Source: Caulobacteraceae bacterium
GTDB lineage: Bacteria > Pseudomonadota > Alphaproteobacteria > Caulobacterales > Aquidulcibacteraceae
Direction of reading: 5' to 3'
DNA length: 64,000 nt
NCBI GenBank assembly: GCA_009773335.1
Contig: WRPF01000009.1
Coordinates: 7,109-71,108 of the forward strand
Positions 26,826-36,370 of this stretch are shown here, piece by piece (within the stretch, counting starts at the first letter, position 1; each line of letters begins with the position of its first letter). Position numbers and translations under genes: made by a program. The notes under the pieces are model-generated. The model saw nothing but the letters and a program-made list of their open reading frames with translations, did not search any database and had not been told where the DNA came from.

Positions 26826-29060
26826 ATGGCGGCGGATTTCGGCGGTCGTATTCCGGAAGGTGGAGGCAACCTGCCTCAACCCCTGCAGACCAGTGACCAG
26901 TTCGGACTGGTGCGCATCGTGGAGATGTTCCGCCGGCGCATCTGGCTCTTCGCGGCGATCCTCGCCTCGATCTTCCTGATGGTGGTGTTCGCCACCATCA
27001 CCGCCACGAAACTCTACACCTCGACCGCTCAGGTCCAGATTGATCTGCGCGAGAAGCGGGTGCTGGGCGCCAACGTGCAAGGCATCTACAGCGATGTCGC
27101 GCCCGACGCCGCCACGATCGACACCGAAACCCAGATCATGAGCTCGCGCTTCCTCGCGGGCCGCGTGGTGGATTCGCTGCGCCTGCTTGAAGATTCCGAA
27201 TTCAGCGAACAACCTCGCGCCGGCGTGTTCGCCTCGGTGCGTGACGCTTTCGGCGGCGCGCCGACGAAGGTCACCGAAAGTGCGGCCGCCCGCCAGAAGC
27301 GTCGCGAGAACGCGATCTCGGCCGTCCAGAGCCGCCTGCAGGTCAAGCGTCTCGGCCTGACCTACCTCGTCGAGATCAGCTTCACCTCGAAGGATCCCGC
27401 GAAGGCCGCCCGCATCGCGGACGCCTACGCCAACCACTATCTCACCCAGCAGCTGCAGACGAAGTACGACACGCTGAAGACCGCCAACGACTGGCTGTCG
27501 ACGCGCCTGTCGGAACTCTCCGTCGAAGTGCAGCGCAAGGAACGCGACGTCGAAGAGTATCGCGCCCGTGAAGGCCTGCTCAACGCCGACGGCGTCCGCC
27601 TGACCGAACAGACCGCCCAGGCGCTGAACCTCCAGCGCGCCGACCGGATGCAGGAACTGTCGCGCGCGCAAGCCCGCCTCGCCAGCCTGCGCGCCAGCCT
27701 TTCTTCCGGCGGCACGGCCGACGCCTCGCGCGAAGCGCTGCAGTCGTCGACGATCTCCAGCCTGCGCACCCAGCAGGCCGAGCTCTCGCGTCGCCGTGCG
27801 GAACTGTCCGCGCAGAAGGGCCCGCGCCACCCCGACATGCTGCAGATCGACCGCCAGTACGCGAGCCTCGACGAGCAGATCCAGGCGGAAGTCCGCCGCA
27901 TCGTCTCCAGCGTCGAGGACGAAGTCCGCATCGCGCGCGGCAATGTGTCGTCCATCGATGAAACGCTCGGCGTGCAGCAGTCGCAGCTCGCGGAGCAGAA
28001 CATCGGCGAAGTGACGCTGCGTGAACGCAAGCGCGACGCCGACGCGAGCCGCCAGCTCTATGAAGCGCTGCTGACCCGCTACCGCGAAATCGCCGCCCAG
28101 AGCGGCATCGAGCAACCCGACGCCCGCATCGTGTCGCGCGCCGGCATCCCGACTGAACCGTCCTCGCCGAAGCCGTCGCTGAACCTCATCATCGGTCTCG
28201 TCCTGGGCGCAGCCCTTGGCGCACTCGCGGTGGTGATCGTCGAGATGCTGGAACAGTCCTTCCGCACGCCGGAAGACGTGCAGAGCCGCCTCGGCGTGGC
28301 CTGCCTCGGCCAGGTGCCGTTCCTCGACCGCCGCACGCGGATGATCGACGGCGAGCTGCTGACGCCGGAGTCCTTCGTGCTGAAGCGTCCGCTCTCGGCC
28401 TTCGGCGAATCGCTCCGCAACGTGCGCGCCGGCGTCTTCTTTTCCTCACCGGATCGCAAGGTGAAGGTGCTCGCCATCACCTCGGCGCTGCCGGACGAAG
28501 GCAAGACGACGACCTCGATCGCGCTGGCGCGCATCTCGGCGCTCGCGGGCTCCAGGACGGTGCTCGTCGACTGCGACCTTCGTCGCCGCTCGACCACGCA
28601 CTGCATCGGTCTGGAAGTCGAGAAGGGCCTCACGGAAGTCCTCTTCCGCACGGCGACGCTGAACGACGTGATCCAGAAGGATCCGGGTTCGGGCGTGGAC
28701 ATCGTTCCGCTCGCCCAGGCCGAGTTCACGCCGCGCGATCTCTTCGGTTCGGACGCGATGCGTTCGCTGATCGAAGCGCTCAAGGCGCGCTACGACGTGA
28801 TCATCCTGGACTCCGCGCCGGTGATGCCCGTGTCGGACACGCGCGTGCTCGCCTCGATCGCGGATGCGGTGCTGATGGTGGTGCGCTGGGGCAAGACGCC
28901 CACGCCGATCGTGCGCAACGCAATCGACCAGCTCCGCACGCACGGCGCCAATGTCTCCGGCGTGGTGCTCTCGGGCGTGGAATCCGGTCTGGCGTCCCGC
29001 CTGATGTACGACAAGCCCGATTATTACAGTGAACTCTATCAGACCTATTACATTCGTTGA
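26826..29060 (+). CDS. polysaccharide co-polymerase / tyrosine autokinase (PCP-2a, ExoP/Wzc-like)
   Basis: 744 aa. N-terminal TM, long coiled-coil periplasmic region, second TM. Walker A SALPDEGKTT, A' VLVDCDLRRR, B DVIILDSAPV. Tyr-rich tail MYDKPDYYSELYQTYYIR. Confidence 0.9.
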   Translation: MAADFGGRIPEGGGNLPQPLQTSDQFGLVRIVEMFRRRIWLFAAILASIFLMVVFATITATKLYTSTAQVQIDLREKRVLGANVQGIYSDVAPDAATIDTETQIMSSRFLAGRVVDSLRLLEDSEFSEQPRAGVFASVRDAFGGAPTKVTESAAARQKRRENAISAVQSRLQVKRLGLTYLVEISFTSKDPAKAARIADAYANHYLTQQLQTKYDTLKTANDWLSTRLSELSVEVQRKERDVEEYRAREGLLNADGVRLTEQTAQALNLQRADRMQELSRAQARLASLRASLSSGGTADASREALQSSTISSLRTQQAELSRRRAELSAQKGPRHPDMLQIDRQYASLDEQIQAEVRRIVSSVEDEVRIARGNVSSIDETLGVQQSQLAEQNIGEVTLRERKRDADASRQLYEALLTRYREIAAQSGIEQPDARIVSRAGIPTEPSSPKPSLNLIIGLVLGAALGALAVVIVEMLEQSFRTPEDVQSRLGVACLGQVPFLDRRTRMIDGELLTPESFVLKRPLSAFGESLRNVRAGVFFSSPDRKVKVLAITSALPDEGKTTTSIALARISALAGSRTVLVDCDLRRRSTTHCIGLEVEKGLTEVLFRTATLNDVIQKDPGSGVDIVPLAQAEFTPRDLFGSDAMRSLIEALKARYDVIILDSAPVMPVSDTRVLASIADAVLMVVRWGKTPTPIVRNAIDQLRTHGANVSGVVLSGVESGLASRLMYDKPDYYSELYQTYYIR

Positions 29061-29724
29061 GGCGCCTCGGGCGGCGTCCGCGACCTTCGCGGTCGCGGCG
29101 CTGGCCGTGGCGTTTCTCGGCTTCACGCAGGCGGGCGCCGCATTGCGTGATGGTTCGGCGCGGAGCGTTCTCGCCCGCGCCGAAGCCATGCCCAGGGGCA
29201 TGGAGCGCGACGCAGCGCTCGCGCAGGCCATCATTGTCATCGATGACGCAGTGAAGGCCGCGCCGCAGAACTCGGGCGTGCACGCCCGCGCGGCGCGCGC
29301 CTACTACCTTCAGGCCACGACCGCCGCAGTCGACGACGTGTCGGCGCCGCTTCTGGGCGCCGCGCGCCGCGCGGCGGAGGAGTCTCTCAAGCACAGCCCC
29401 GCGAACGCCAGCGCCGCGGCCATGTCCGCGCTCGTCGATATCGCGGAAGGCGGCGTGGTGACGCCAGGCGCGGTCGATGCGGTCGCGCGTAGCTACGCCG
29501 TGCCGGCAACCGCCGAAGGCGTCAGGTGGCGCTTCGATGCGGCGATGCGGGCCTGGCCCGCGCTGTCGCTTCCCCTGCAGCGGCAGGTGATCGTCGACGC
29601 CTGCATGCAGGCTGACGCCGACCGCGCGTTTGCGGCGCATCTCGCCGACGTCGCTGCGCGCCTGCCGGACTCCGGTCTCGGGCAATGCGGCGCACCCGAG
29701 GCGGCATCCGACGCCGCGCCCTGA
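29029..29724 (+). CDS. hypothetical protein with one N-terminal TM segment
   Basis: 231-aa ORF with good third-position GC. 32-nt overlap with the kinase gene. Ala-rich helical sequence with no recognisable motif. Confidence 0.45.
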   Translation: MNSIRPITFVEAPRAASATFAVAALAVAFLGFTQAGAALRDGSARSVLARAEAMPRGMERDAALAQAIIVIDDAVKAAPQNSGVHARAARAYYLQATTAAVDDVSAPLLGAARRAAEESLKHSPANASAAAMSALVDIAEGGVVTPGAVDAVARSYAVPATAEGVRWRFDAAMRAWPALSLPLQRQVIVDACMQADADRAFAAHLADVAARLPDSGLGQCGAPEAASDAAP

Positions 29725-29797
29725 GGTGCGTCTTTGACACGCGACGCGACTGGCGTGATCACGACACGACAATCCGAAACGGCGGGGCGCTTCGTCC

Positions 29798-30361
29798 ATG
29801 GAAATCACACGGCTGGCTATTCCTGAGGTGCTCGTGCTTCGCCCGCCGAAGTTCGGGGATCATCGCGGCTTTCTGTCCGAGACATTCCGCGAGAGCTGGC
29901 TGAACGAATTCGGGGTCGATTTCCGCTGGTTGCAGGAAAATCACTCCTACTCGGCCAAGCCGTTCACCGTGCGCGGCCTGCATTTCCAGACCGGCCGGCA
30001 GGGGCAGGCCAAGCTCGTGCGCGTCGTGCGCGGGGCCATATTTGACGTCGCTGTCGATGTGCGCAGCGGCTCGCCGACCTACGGCAAGCACGTCTCCGCG
30101 GTGCTGAGCGCCGACAACTGGACGCAGATGTACCTGCCCGCCGGCTTCGCGCACGGCGTCTGCACGCTCGAGCCGGAAACCAGCTTCACCTACAAGACCT
30201 CCGCCTACTTCGATCCCGCCCGCGAAGGCGGCCTGCGTTGGGATGATCCGGCGTTCGGCATCGACTGGCCGGTGAAGGCCCAAGACGCCACGCTCTCGGA
30301 GCGCGACACGAGGTGGCCGGATTTCGCGGATTTCGAGTCGCCTTTCGTGTGGAATTCCTAG
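29798..30361 (+). CDS. rmlC: dTDP-4-dehydrorhamnose 3,5-epimerase
   Basis: 187 aa. FGDHRGFLSETF, VRGLHFQ, AKLVRVVRGAIFDVAVDVR, PAGFAHG. Confidence 0.92.
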   Translation: MEITRLAIPEVLVLRPPKFGDHRGFLSETFRESWLNEFGVDFRWLQENHSYSAKPFTVRGLHFQTGRQGQAKLVRVVRGAIFDVAVDVRSGSPTYGKHVSAVLSADNWTQMYLPAGFAHGVCTLEPETSFTYKTSAYFDPAREGGLRWDDPAFGIDWPVKAQDATLSERDTRWPDFADFESPFVWNS

Positions 30362-31242
30362 TCCACGCGCCAACCGCCGGAGGCGATCTCGTCCAGACAT
30401 GCTTCGAGGCCCGCGCGCCAGTCCGGCAGCGCGACGCCGTACGTCTCCCGTAGCTTCGATGAATCGAGTAGCGAGTTCCTCGGCCGCGCCGCAGCTGTAG
30501 GGAATTGGGCGCCGGCAATGGGCTCCACGGCGGCGGACGGGCCGCCACGCCTGCGTGCGCCGTCGAAGATCGCCTCGGCGAAGCCGCGCCAGGTGCAATC
30601 GCCGTCCGCTGTGGCGTGGAACACGCCGCAGATCGCCGTGTCGCGTTCCGCAACGAGACGCCGCGCGACGGCGAGGACGGCGTCAGCGAGATGCGGCGCC
30701 CAGGTCGGCGCGCCGCGCTGGTCGTCCACGACCCTGATGCGATCCTGCGTTTGCGCGAGACGCAGCATGGTGCGCACAAAGTTCGCGCCGCTCGCCGCGT
30801 AGGTCCACGATGTGCGCAAAATCGCAAAGCGCCCACCTGCGGCCGCAACCGATTGTTCGCCTGCGAGTTTGGAGCGGCCATAGGCGTTCAACGGCGCCGG
30901 GGCATCGGTCTCGACGTAGGGCGCAGGCTTTTCGCCATCGAAGACGTAGTCCGTTGAGATGTGGATCAGCGGCACGCCGCGCGCCGCGCACAGTCGCGCC
31001 AGCGCGCCGGGACCGGCTGCGTTGATCCGCATGGCTTCCTCCGGCGCGGACTCCGCGCGATCCACCTGCGTGAAGGCGCCGGCGCAAACGACGATGCTTG
31101 CATCGTGGATGCGCAGCATCGCTTCCAGTGTTTCAGGATCGGCGAGATCGGCCTGCGGGCGTCCGACGGCGATGACGCCTGCGTGCTTGGCCAGCGCGCC
31201 CGCAAGCATGCCGCCGGCGCCGCCGATGACGAGGACCGTCAC
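30358..31242 (-). CDS. rmlD: dTDP-4-dehydrorhamnose reductase
   Basis: Start placed at GTG 31242, overlapping the rmlB stop (GTGA). [15 protein letters not shown] Rossmann motif. ...[10 protein letters not shown]...[13 protein letters not shown]. Confidence 0.88.
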   Translation of the reverse strand: MTVLVIGGAGGMLAGALAKHAGVIAVGRPQADLADPETLEAMLRIHDASIVVCAGAFTQVDRAESAPEEAMRINAAGPGALARLCAARGVPLIHISTDYVFDGEKPAPYVETDAPAPLNAYGRSKLAGEQSVAAAGGRFAILRTSWTYAASGANFVRTMLRLAQTQDRIRVVDDQRGAPTWAPHLADAVLAVARRLVAERDTAICGVFHATADGDCTWRGFAEAIFDGARRRGGPSAAVEPIAGAQFPTAAARPRNSLLDSSKLRETYGVALPDWRAGLEACLDEIASGGWRVD

Positions 31243-32291
31243 GTCGCGTCCGTGAGGCCGAGCCGCGCGCGACCGTGTCCCGCCGCACGCAGCGGTCGCC
31301 ACCACCAGTCGTTGTCGAGATACCAGCGCACGGTGCGTTCAAGTCCTTCCGCGAATCCGGTCTGCGGACGCCAGCCGAGTTCGACCTCGATTTTCGCGGG
31401 GTCGATCGCATAGCGGCGGTCGTGGCCGGGGCGGTCGGCGACGAAGCCGATCAGCGCGCGGCGCGGCGCATCGCCTGGCGTCATCGTGTCGAGCAGGTCG
31501 CAGATGCGGTTCACCACATCGATATTGGCATGCTCGGCGCGGGGGCCGACAGCGTAGGTTTCCCCGGGGCGTCCGTGTCGGAGGATGGTCAGCAGCGCAC
31601 GTGCGTGATCGTCGACGTAAAGCCAGTCGCGACGATTGAGGCCGTCGCCGTAAACCGGCAGCGCGCTGCGTTCCAGCCCGTTGAGAATCATCAGCGGGAT
31701 GAGTTTTTCCGGGAGCTGATACGGCCCGTAGTTGTTGGAACAGTTCGAGATGACGACCGGCAGACCGTATGTGTGACCCCACGCGCGCACGAGGTGATCG
31801 GACGACGCCTTGCTCGCCGCGTAGGGCGAGCGGGGATCGTAGCGCGTGGTCTCGGTGAACGCGCCTTCCGCGCCGAGGGAGCCGAAGACTTCGTCCGTGG
31901 ATACGTGCAGGAACCTGAACGCGTCGTGCGCCACGGCGGGCAGACCTGCTGAATATGCGCGCGCGGCCTCCAGCATCTCGAACGTGCCGGTGATGTTGGT
32001 GCGGATGAAGTCCGCCGCGCCGTCGATGGAACGGTCCACGTGGCTTTCCGCGGCGAGGTGGGCGATGGCGTCGGGCCTGAAGTGCGTGAACGCGGCGTCG
32101 ATCGCTGTGCGGTCGCAGATATCGGCCTTGAGGAACGCAAAACGCGGATTGTCCGCCACGTCGCGCAGCGACGACAGCGTGCCGGCATAGGTCAGGTTGT
32201 CGACGACAAGCACGTCGCATCCTTCGGCGATGGCTTGGCGCGCGAGCGCCGAGCCGATGAAGCCCGCGCCGCCGGTGATGAGGAGACGCAT
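31239..32291 (-). CDS. rmlB: dTDP-glucose 4,6-dehydratase
   Basis: 350 aa. [35 protein letters not shown]. Confidence 0.95.
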   Translation of the reverse strand: MRLLITGGAGFIGSALARQAIAEGCDVLVVDNLTYAGTLSSLRDVADNPRFAFLKADICDRTAIDAAFTHFRPDAIAHLAAESHVDRSIDGAADFIRTNITGTFEMLEAARAYSAGLPAVAHDAFRFLHVSTDEVFGSLGAEGAFTETTRYDPRSPYAASKASSDHLVRAWGHTYGLPVVISNCSNNYGPYQLPEKLIPLMILNGLERSALPVYGDGLNRRDWLYVDDHARALLTILRHGRPGETYAVGPRAEHANIDVVNRICDLLDTMTPGDAPRRALIGFVADRPGHDRRYAIDPAKIEVELGWRPQTGFAEGLERTVRWYLDNDWWWRPLRAAGHGRARLGLTDAT

Positions 32292-33175
32292 CAGCTCGCG
32301 CCGTGTTCGGCGGCGACCTTGAGCAGGTATTGCCCGTAGTCGCTGCCAGCCATGGGCGCGGCGAGGTCAACCAGCGCGCTCGCCGGAATGAAGCCCTTGT
32401 GGACCGCAATCTCCTCGAGGCACGCGATGCGCAGGCCCTGGCGGCGCTCGATCGTCTGCACGAACTGGGCGGCTTCAAGGAGGCTGTCGGGCGTGCCCGC
32501 GTCGAGCCATGCAAAGCCCCGTCCGAGCTGCACGCACGAGAGCGCGCCGCGATCCAGATAGGCCTGGTTGACGTCGGTGATCTCAAGCTCACCGCGGGCA
32601 GAAGGCTTGATCGTCGCCGCGATGTCGAGCACGGCGTTGTCGTAGAAATAGAGCCCGGTGATCGCGTAGTTCGAGACGAAGCGCTTCGGCTTTTCGTGCA
32701 GGCGCTTCGGCGCGCCCGCGCCGTCGAACTCCACCACGCCATAGCGTTCGGGATCGCGCACATGGTGGGTGAAAATGGTGGCCCCGGCGCAAGCCGCCGC
32801 AGACGCGACGAGCTGCGCTTCAAGACCCGGCCCATGGAAGATGTTGTCGCCGAGGATGAGGCAACTCGGGTCGTCCCCGACGAAATCGCGTCCGATGATG
32901 AAGGCTTGCGCGAGGCCATCGGGTTTCGGTTGCACCGCATAGGCGAGGCTGACGCCGAACCTCGATCCGTCGCCGAGGAGCGCTTCAAAGGCCGGCGCGT
33001 CGCGCGGCGTGGTGATGATCAGGATGTCGCGGATGCCCGCGAGCATCAGCACCGACAGCGGATAATAGACCAACGGCTTGTCGTAGACCGGGAGCAGCTG
33101 CTTCACCGTCGCCTGCGTGATCGGGAACAGGCGCGTGCTCGATCCGCCCGCCAGAATGATCCCCTTGCGCCGCAC
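32291..33175 (-). CDS. rmlA: glucose-1-phosphate thymidylyltransferase
   Basis: 294 aa. [17 protein letters not shown]...[30 protein letters not shown]. Confidence 0.95.
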   Translation of the reverse strand: MRRKGIILAGGSSTRLFPITQATVKQLLPVYDKPLVYYPLSVLMLAGIRDILIITTPRDAPAFEALLGDGSRFGVSLAYAVQPKPDGLAQAFIIGRDFVGDDPSCLILGDNIFHGPGLEAQLVASAAACAGATIFTHHVRDPERYGVVEFDGAGAPKRLHEKPKRFVSNYAITGLYFYDNAVLDIAATIKPSARGELEITDVNQAYLDRGALSCVQLGRGFAWLDAGTPDSLLEAAQFVQTIERRQGLRIACLEEIAVHKGFIPASALVDLAAPMAGSDYGQYLLKVAAEHGAS

Positions 33176-33259
33176 GCCTGGCTCCCGATGCGCCGCCGAG
33201 GGCGGCCGTCCATGCGTTGGGTTCTAGTTTGGCGGCGGCTCCTGCGCCAGCCGCGCGCC

Positions 33260-34546
33260 TCAGCCGAGGACGCGGGTGCGGGCGGTCGGCTTGATTTTCA
33301 CCGCGTCTGCGTCGGGGTCCACATAGGCCGCCGCCAGGCCGAGGAGCCCCGCAAACAGGGCGCTGACCGCCGGGCTCGACAGCGCCGGACTTGCGAGCCC
33401 ATGTACGACCACCGTCGCTGCAAGGCCGGCCGCCAGCGCAAATCCCCGGGTGGGACGCCGTCCGTGATCCTTGGCGCGCCACAGCTGGAAAAGAAGTCCG
33501 CCCAGCGCCGCGAGCGCGAGACCCAGACCCACGAGGCCCGCTTCCGCGAGCCAGCGTACGATGTCGTTGGAGGCGCCTGCACCGCCGGCGGGGAGAAGAT
33601 CGTACGCGCCAAGGCCGTGGCCGAACAGCGGGCGCTCTCGCCACGACTGGAGCGCCGTTGTCGTCATCGCCGAATAGGGCGGCGTGACGGCGTCACTGGC
33701 CACGTATCGCTTCATCGCGCCGGCGCCCGACGTGGACGCGACGAAGAGCGCGATCAGCGCGACTGCGCCTGCCGCGATCGGCACGAGGCGCGGGCCGCTG
33801 CGTCCCTTGAGGCCGCGCAACCATGCGAGGGCGAAGTAGACCGCGAGCCCCACGACGCCAGCCGCGATTCCGGCGCGCGATCCGGTAAGCGCAAGGAGGT
33901 TGAGGCTGGCCAGGAAGCTGATGGCAGGCAGGAAGAGGCGCTGCGTCAATGCGGGCGGCGGCAGCGTGCCGCGCGGCGCAGGGCGGCGGGTCAGCTCATC
34001 GACAATGGCGAAGGCCGCGACGACGGCGAAGAGCGCGAACGCGGTCGCCGCTTCATTGGGCGACGGGAACGGCCCCGCGAGGCGGTTTTCCATGGGCGCC
34101 GTCGAAATGCCGAAAAAGTCGAGCTGTCCGTCGAAGCGGTCGAGGATGATGAGCAGCGTGAGCGCGACCGGCGTGACAAGCATCGCAGTGATCATGCGGT
34201 TGCGCCCGCCGGCGGTTGCGGCGCCTGCGGCGGCGACAAAGAAGAAGCCCGTTCCCGCCAGTCCGACCATCGCCTGCTCCGCGCGCCAGGGATCGCTTGC
34301 GCCGCCTACGAAGAACGCGCCGCTCATCACGGCGGCGAGCAGAAGAAGCGCCGAATAGGCCGCAGCCGGACGCGAGAAGCGCTTGAGCGTCTCGAAAATC
34401 GCCGTGCGGGAACGCGGCAGGGCGATGGCGGCGATGGCGACGGCGCCTTCCAGGGCCGCGAGCGCCCCGCGCGTGAAGTCGCGCTCCATGCCGGCCATGG
34501 CGCAACCCAGAAACATGACGGACGCGACGGCGACGAGAAGCGGCAT
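33260..34546 (-). CDS. O-antigen ligase family membrane protein
   Basis: Polytopic. LTGSRAGIAAGVVGL (Wzy_C-like). Start set at ATG 34546 (MPLLVAVASV...) to avoid overlap with leuB. The track ORF extends to 34684. Confidence 0.7.
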   Translation of the reverse strand: MPLLVAVASVMFLGCAMAGMERDFTRGALAALEGAVAIAAIALPRSRTAIFETLKRFSRPAAAYSALLLLAAVMSGAFFVGGASDPWRAEQAMVGLAGTGFFFVAAAGAATAGGRNRMITAMLVTPVALTLLIILDRFDGQLDFFGISTAPMENRLAGPFPSPNEAATAFALFAVVAAFAIVDELTRRPAPRGTLPPPALTQRLFLPAISFLASLNLLALTGSRAGIAAGVVGLAVYFALAWLRGLKGRSGPRLVPIAAGAVALIALFVASTSGAGAMKRYVASDAVTPPYSAMTTTALQSWRERPLFGHGLGAYDLLPAGGAGASNDIVRWLAEAGLVGLGLALAALGGLLFQLWRAKDHGRRPTRGFALAAGLAATVVVHGLASPALSSPAVSALFAGLLGLAAAYVDPDADAVKIKPTARTRVLG

Positions 34547-34677
34547 GGGCGCAATCCGTCTGATCCGGGGGTCCAAGTCAACCGACGACGCGCCACAGCG
34601 GTAACGGCGGACGCCGGGGCGATAGCGCGCAGCCTCATTGCTGGACAAACTGCCGCCGGGAAGGCGAAACAGCGCGC

Positions 34678-35733
34678 ATGACAAAGACGCTTCTTCTCCT
34701 ACCGGGCGACGGCATCGGCCCCGAGGTCATTGATGAGGTGCGCCGGGTGGCGGGCGCGCTGTGGCCGCAGCTCGTCCTGGAGGAGGCGCCGTTCGGGGGC
34801 GCGGCCATCGATGCGGAGGGCGCGCCGATCTCGGATGCGACCGTCGCGCGGGCGAAAGCCGTCGATGCGGTGCTCATGGGCGCGGTCGGAGGGCCCAGAT
34901 GGGCGGGCGTGGCGCGGGCGATCCGGCCGGAGGCGGGGCTGCTGCGGCTGCGTCAGGACATGGCGGTGTTCGCCAACCTGCGCCCGGCGCTCTGTTTTGA
35001 ATCGCTGGCGGACGCGTCTCCCCTGAAACGCGAGATCGTCGCCGGCCTCGACATCATGATCGTGCGGGAGCTGACGGGCGGGGTCTATTTCGGGCAGCCG
35101 CGCGGGATTGTCGACATCGGTGACGGCGAGAAGCGTGCCGTCGATACGCAGGTCTATACGTCAGCGGAAATCCGCCGCATCGCGCGGGTGGCGTTTGAGT
35201 TGGCGCGCAAGCGTGGCGGCCGCGTGCATTCGGCGGAGAAGTCGAACGTGATGGAGACGGGCGTGCTGTGGCGCGAAGTGGTCAGCGCCGTTCACGCCGC
35301 CGAATATCCCGACGTGACGCTCGAACACATTCTTGCCGACAACTGCGCCATGCAACTCGTGAAGGCGCCGAGGCAATTCGATGTGATCGTGACGGACAAT
35401 CTCTTCGGCGATCTCCTTTCCGATGAAGCCGCGATGCTGACGGGTTCCATCGGTCTTCTGCCGTCCGCGGCGCTGGGAGAGGCTGGAAAACCGGGGCTTT
35501 ATGAGCCCGTGCACGGATCGGCGCCGGACATCGCGGGGCAGGGCCTCGCCAATCCGCTTGCAGCGATCCTGTCGTTCGAGATGGCGCTGCGCCTATCGCT
35601 AGATCGCGCCGATCTGGCGGATCGTCTTGCAGCGGCGTTGAAGGCGGCGCTCGATGGCGGCGCCCGCACGCGTGATCTCGGCGGAACGCTCGGCACGCGC
35701 GCGATGGGCGATGCGGTGCTGGCGAAGCTTTAG
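34678..35733 (+). CDS. leuB: 3-isopropylmalate dehydrogenase
   Basis: 351 aa. [48 protein letters not shown]. Confidence 0.95.
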   Translation: MTKTLLLLPGDGIGPEVIDEVRRVAGALWPQLVLEEAPFGGAAIDAEGAPISDATVARAKAVDAVLMGAVGGPRWAGVARAIRPEAGLLRLRQDMAVFANLRPALCFESLADASPLKREIVAGLDIMIVRELTGGVYFGQPRGIVDIGDGEKRAVDTQVYTSAEIRRIARVAFELARKRGGRVHSAEKSNVMETGVLWREVVSAVHAAEYPDVTLEHILADNCAMQLVKAPRQFDVIVTDNLFGDLLSDEAAMLTGSIGLLPSAALGEAGKPGLYEPVHGSAPDIAGQGLANPLAAILSFEMALRLSLDRADLADRLAAALKAALDGGARTRDLGGTLGTRAMGDAVLAKL

Positions 35734-36212
35734 CGGTTGATCATCGCGAGGAGCGGACGCAGCGCGCCCTGAAAGAGCGTCGCGGCTTCATTCCAGCTCA
35801 CCTGATAGGCGACAAACACGAGATACCCGACGCCGAAAAGGACGGGCATGGCGCGTTCCAGCGAGAAATACCGCAGGAAGCCATGACGCGGCAGCTGGCG
35901 CCATTCGCGCTGCAGGGCGTCGATGCCCAGGTCTTTTTCGATCTCGTAGATGATCTGGTATTTCGAGCCGAGCATCACCGTGTAGTAGGCGTTCGAGGAT
36001 CGCCAGACGACGCAGCACAGGATGAGCGCCACAACGGCCCAGATCAGCAACGCCGGACTCTGGCCGTTGTCGGGGCCCGCCAGAAACCCGAGCGCGCCCA
36101 CGCCGGCGAGGTTGAGGGTGGTGAACACGTTGGCGAGGTCGCGCCGCGCCTTGCGTGCTTCGCGCACCTCCTCGACCAGCAGCTTGTAAAGTTCGAATGT
36201 CGGCGCACCCAT
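35730..36212 (-). CDS. small membrane protein, unknown function (possibly RipA-like family; unverified)
   Basis: Start at ATG 36212 after a GGGGAG SD. 160 aa. An N-terminal charged helix ([24 protein letters not shown]) is followed by two adjacent TM helices and a third near the C-terminus. Confidence 0.6.
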   Translation of the reverse strand: MGAPTFELYKLLVEEVREARKARRDLANVFTTLNLAGVGALGFLAGPDNGQSPALLIWAVVALILCCVVWRSSNAYYTVMLGSKYQIIYEIEKDLGIDALQREWRQLPRHGFLRYFSLERAMPVLFGVGYLVFVAYQVSWNEAATLFQGALRPLLAMINR

Positions 36213-36370
36213 GGCGTCGATCTCCCCTGAAGTCCTATCCCGCTGGCAAGACCCTACCGTATGGCCCCCAAGGGCGGCAATTCCCGTTCCCTGATTGGTA
36301 AAACCCCCCGACCCATGCCATATCCAGCGCGCGCCGCCATCCCGGCCGCGCTTGGAGAAAGTCACGCACA

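Noticed and set aside
29734-29762. TTGACA-N17-GATCAC upstream of rmlC as a sigma70-type promoter.
   Set aside because: The -35 hexamer is perfect but the -10 is poor (3/6). No supporting evidence is available from sequence alone.
32303-34681. A 792-aa + strand ORF.
   Set aside because: It is the in-phase antisense of rmlA and the O-antigen-ligase-family gene (all share coordinate phase 2). The translation is Arg/Glu/Asp/Gly-rich with no motif. The minus-strand products have clear RmlA and polytopic membrane signatures.
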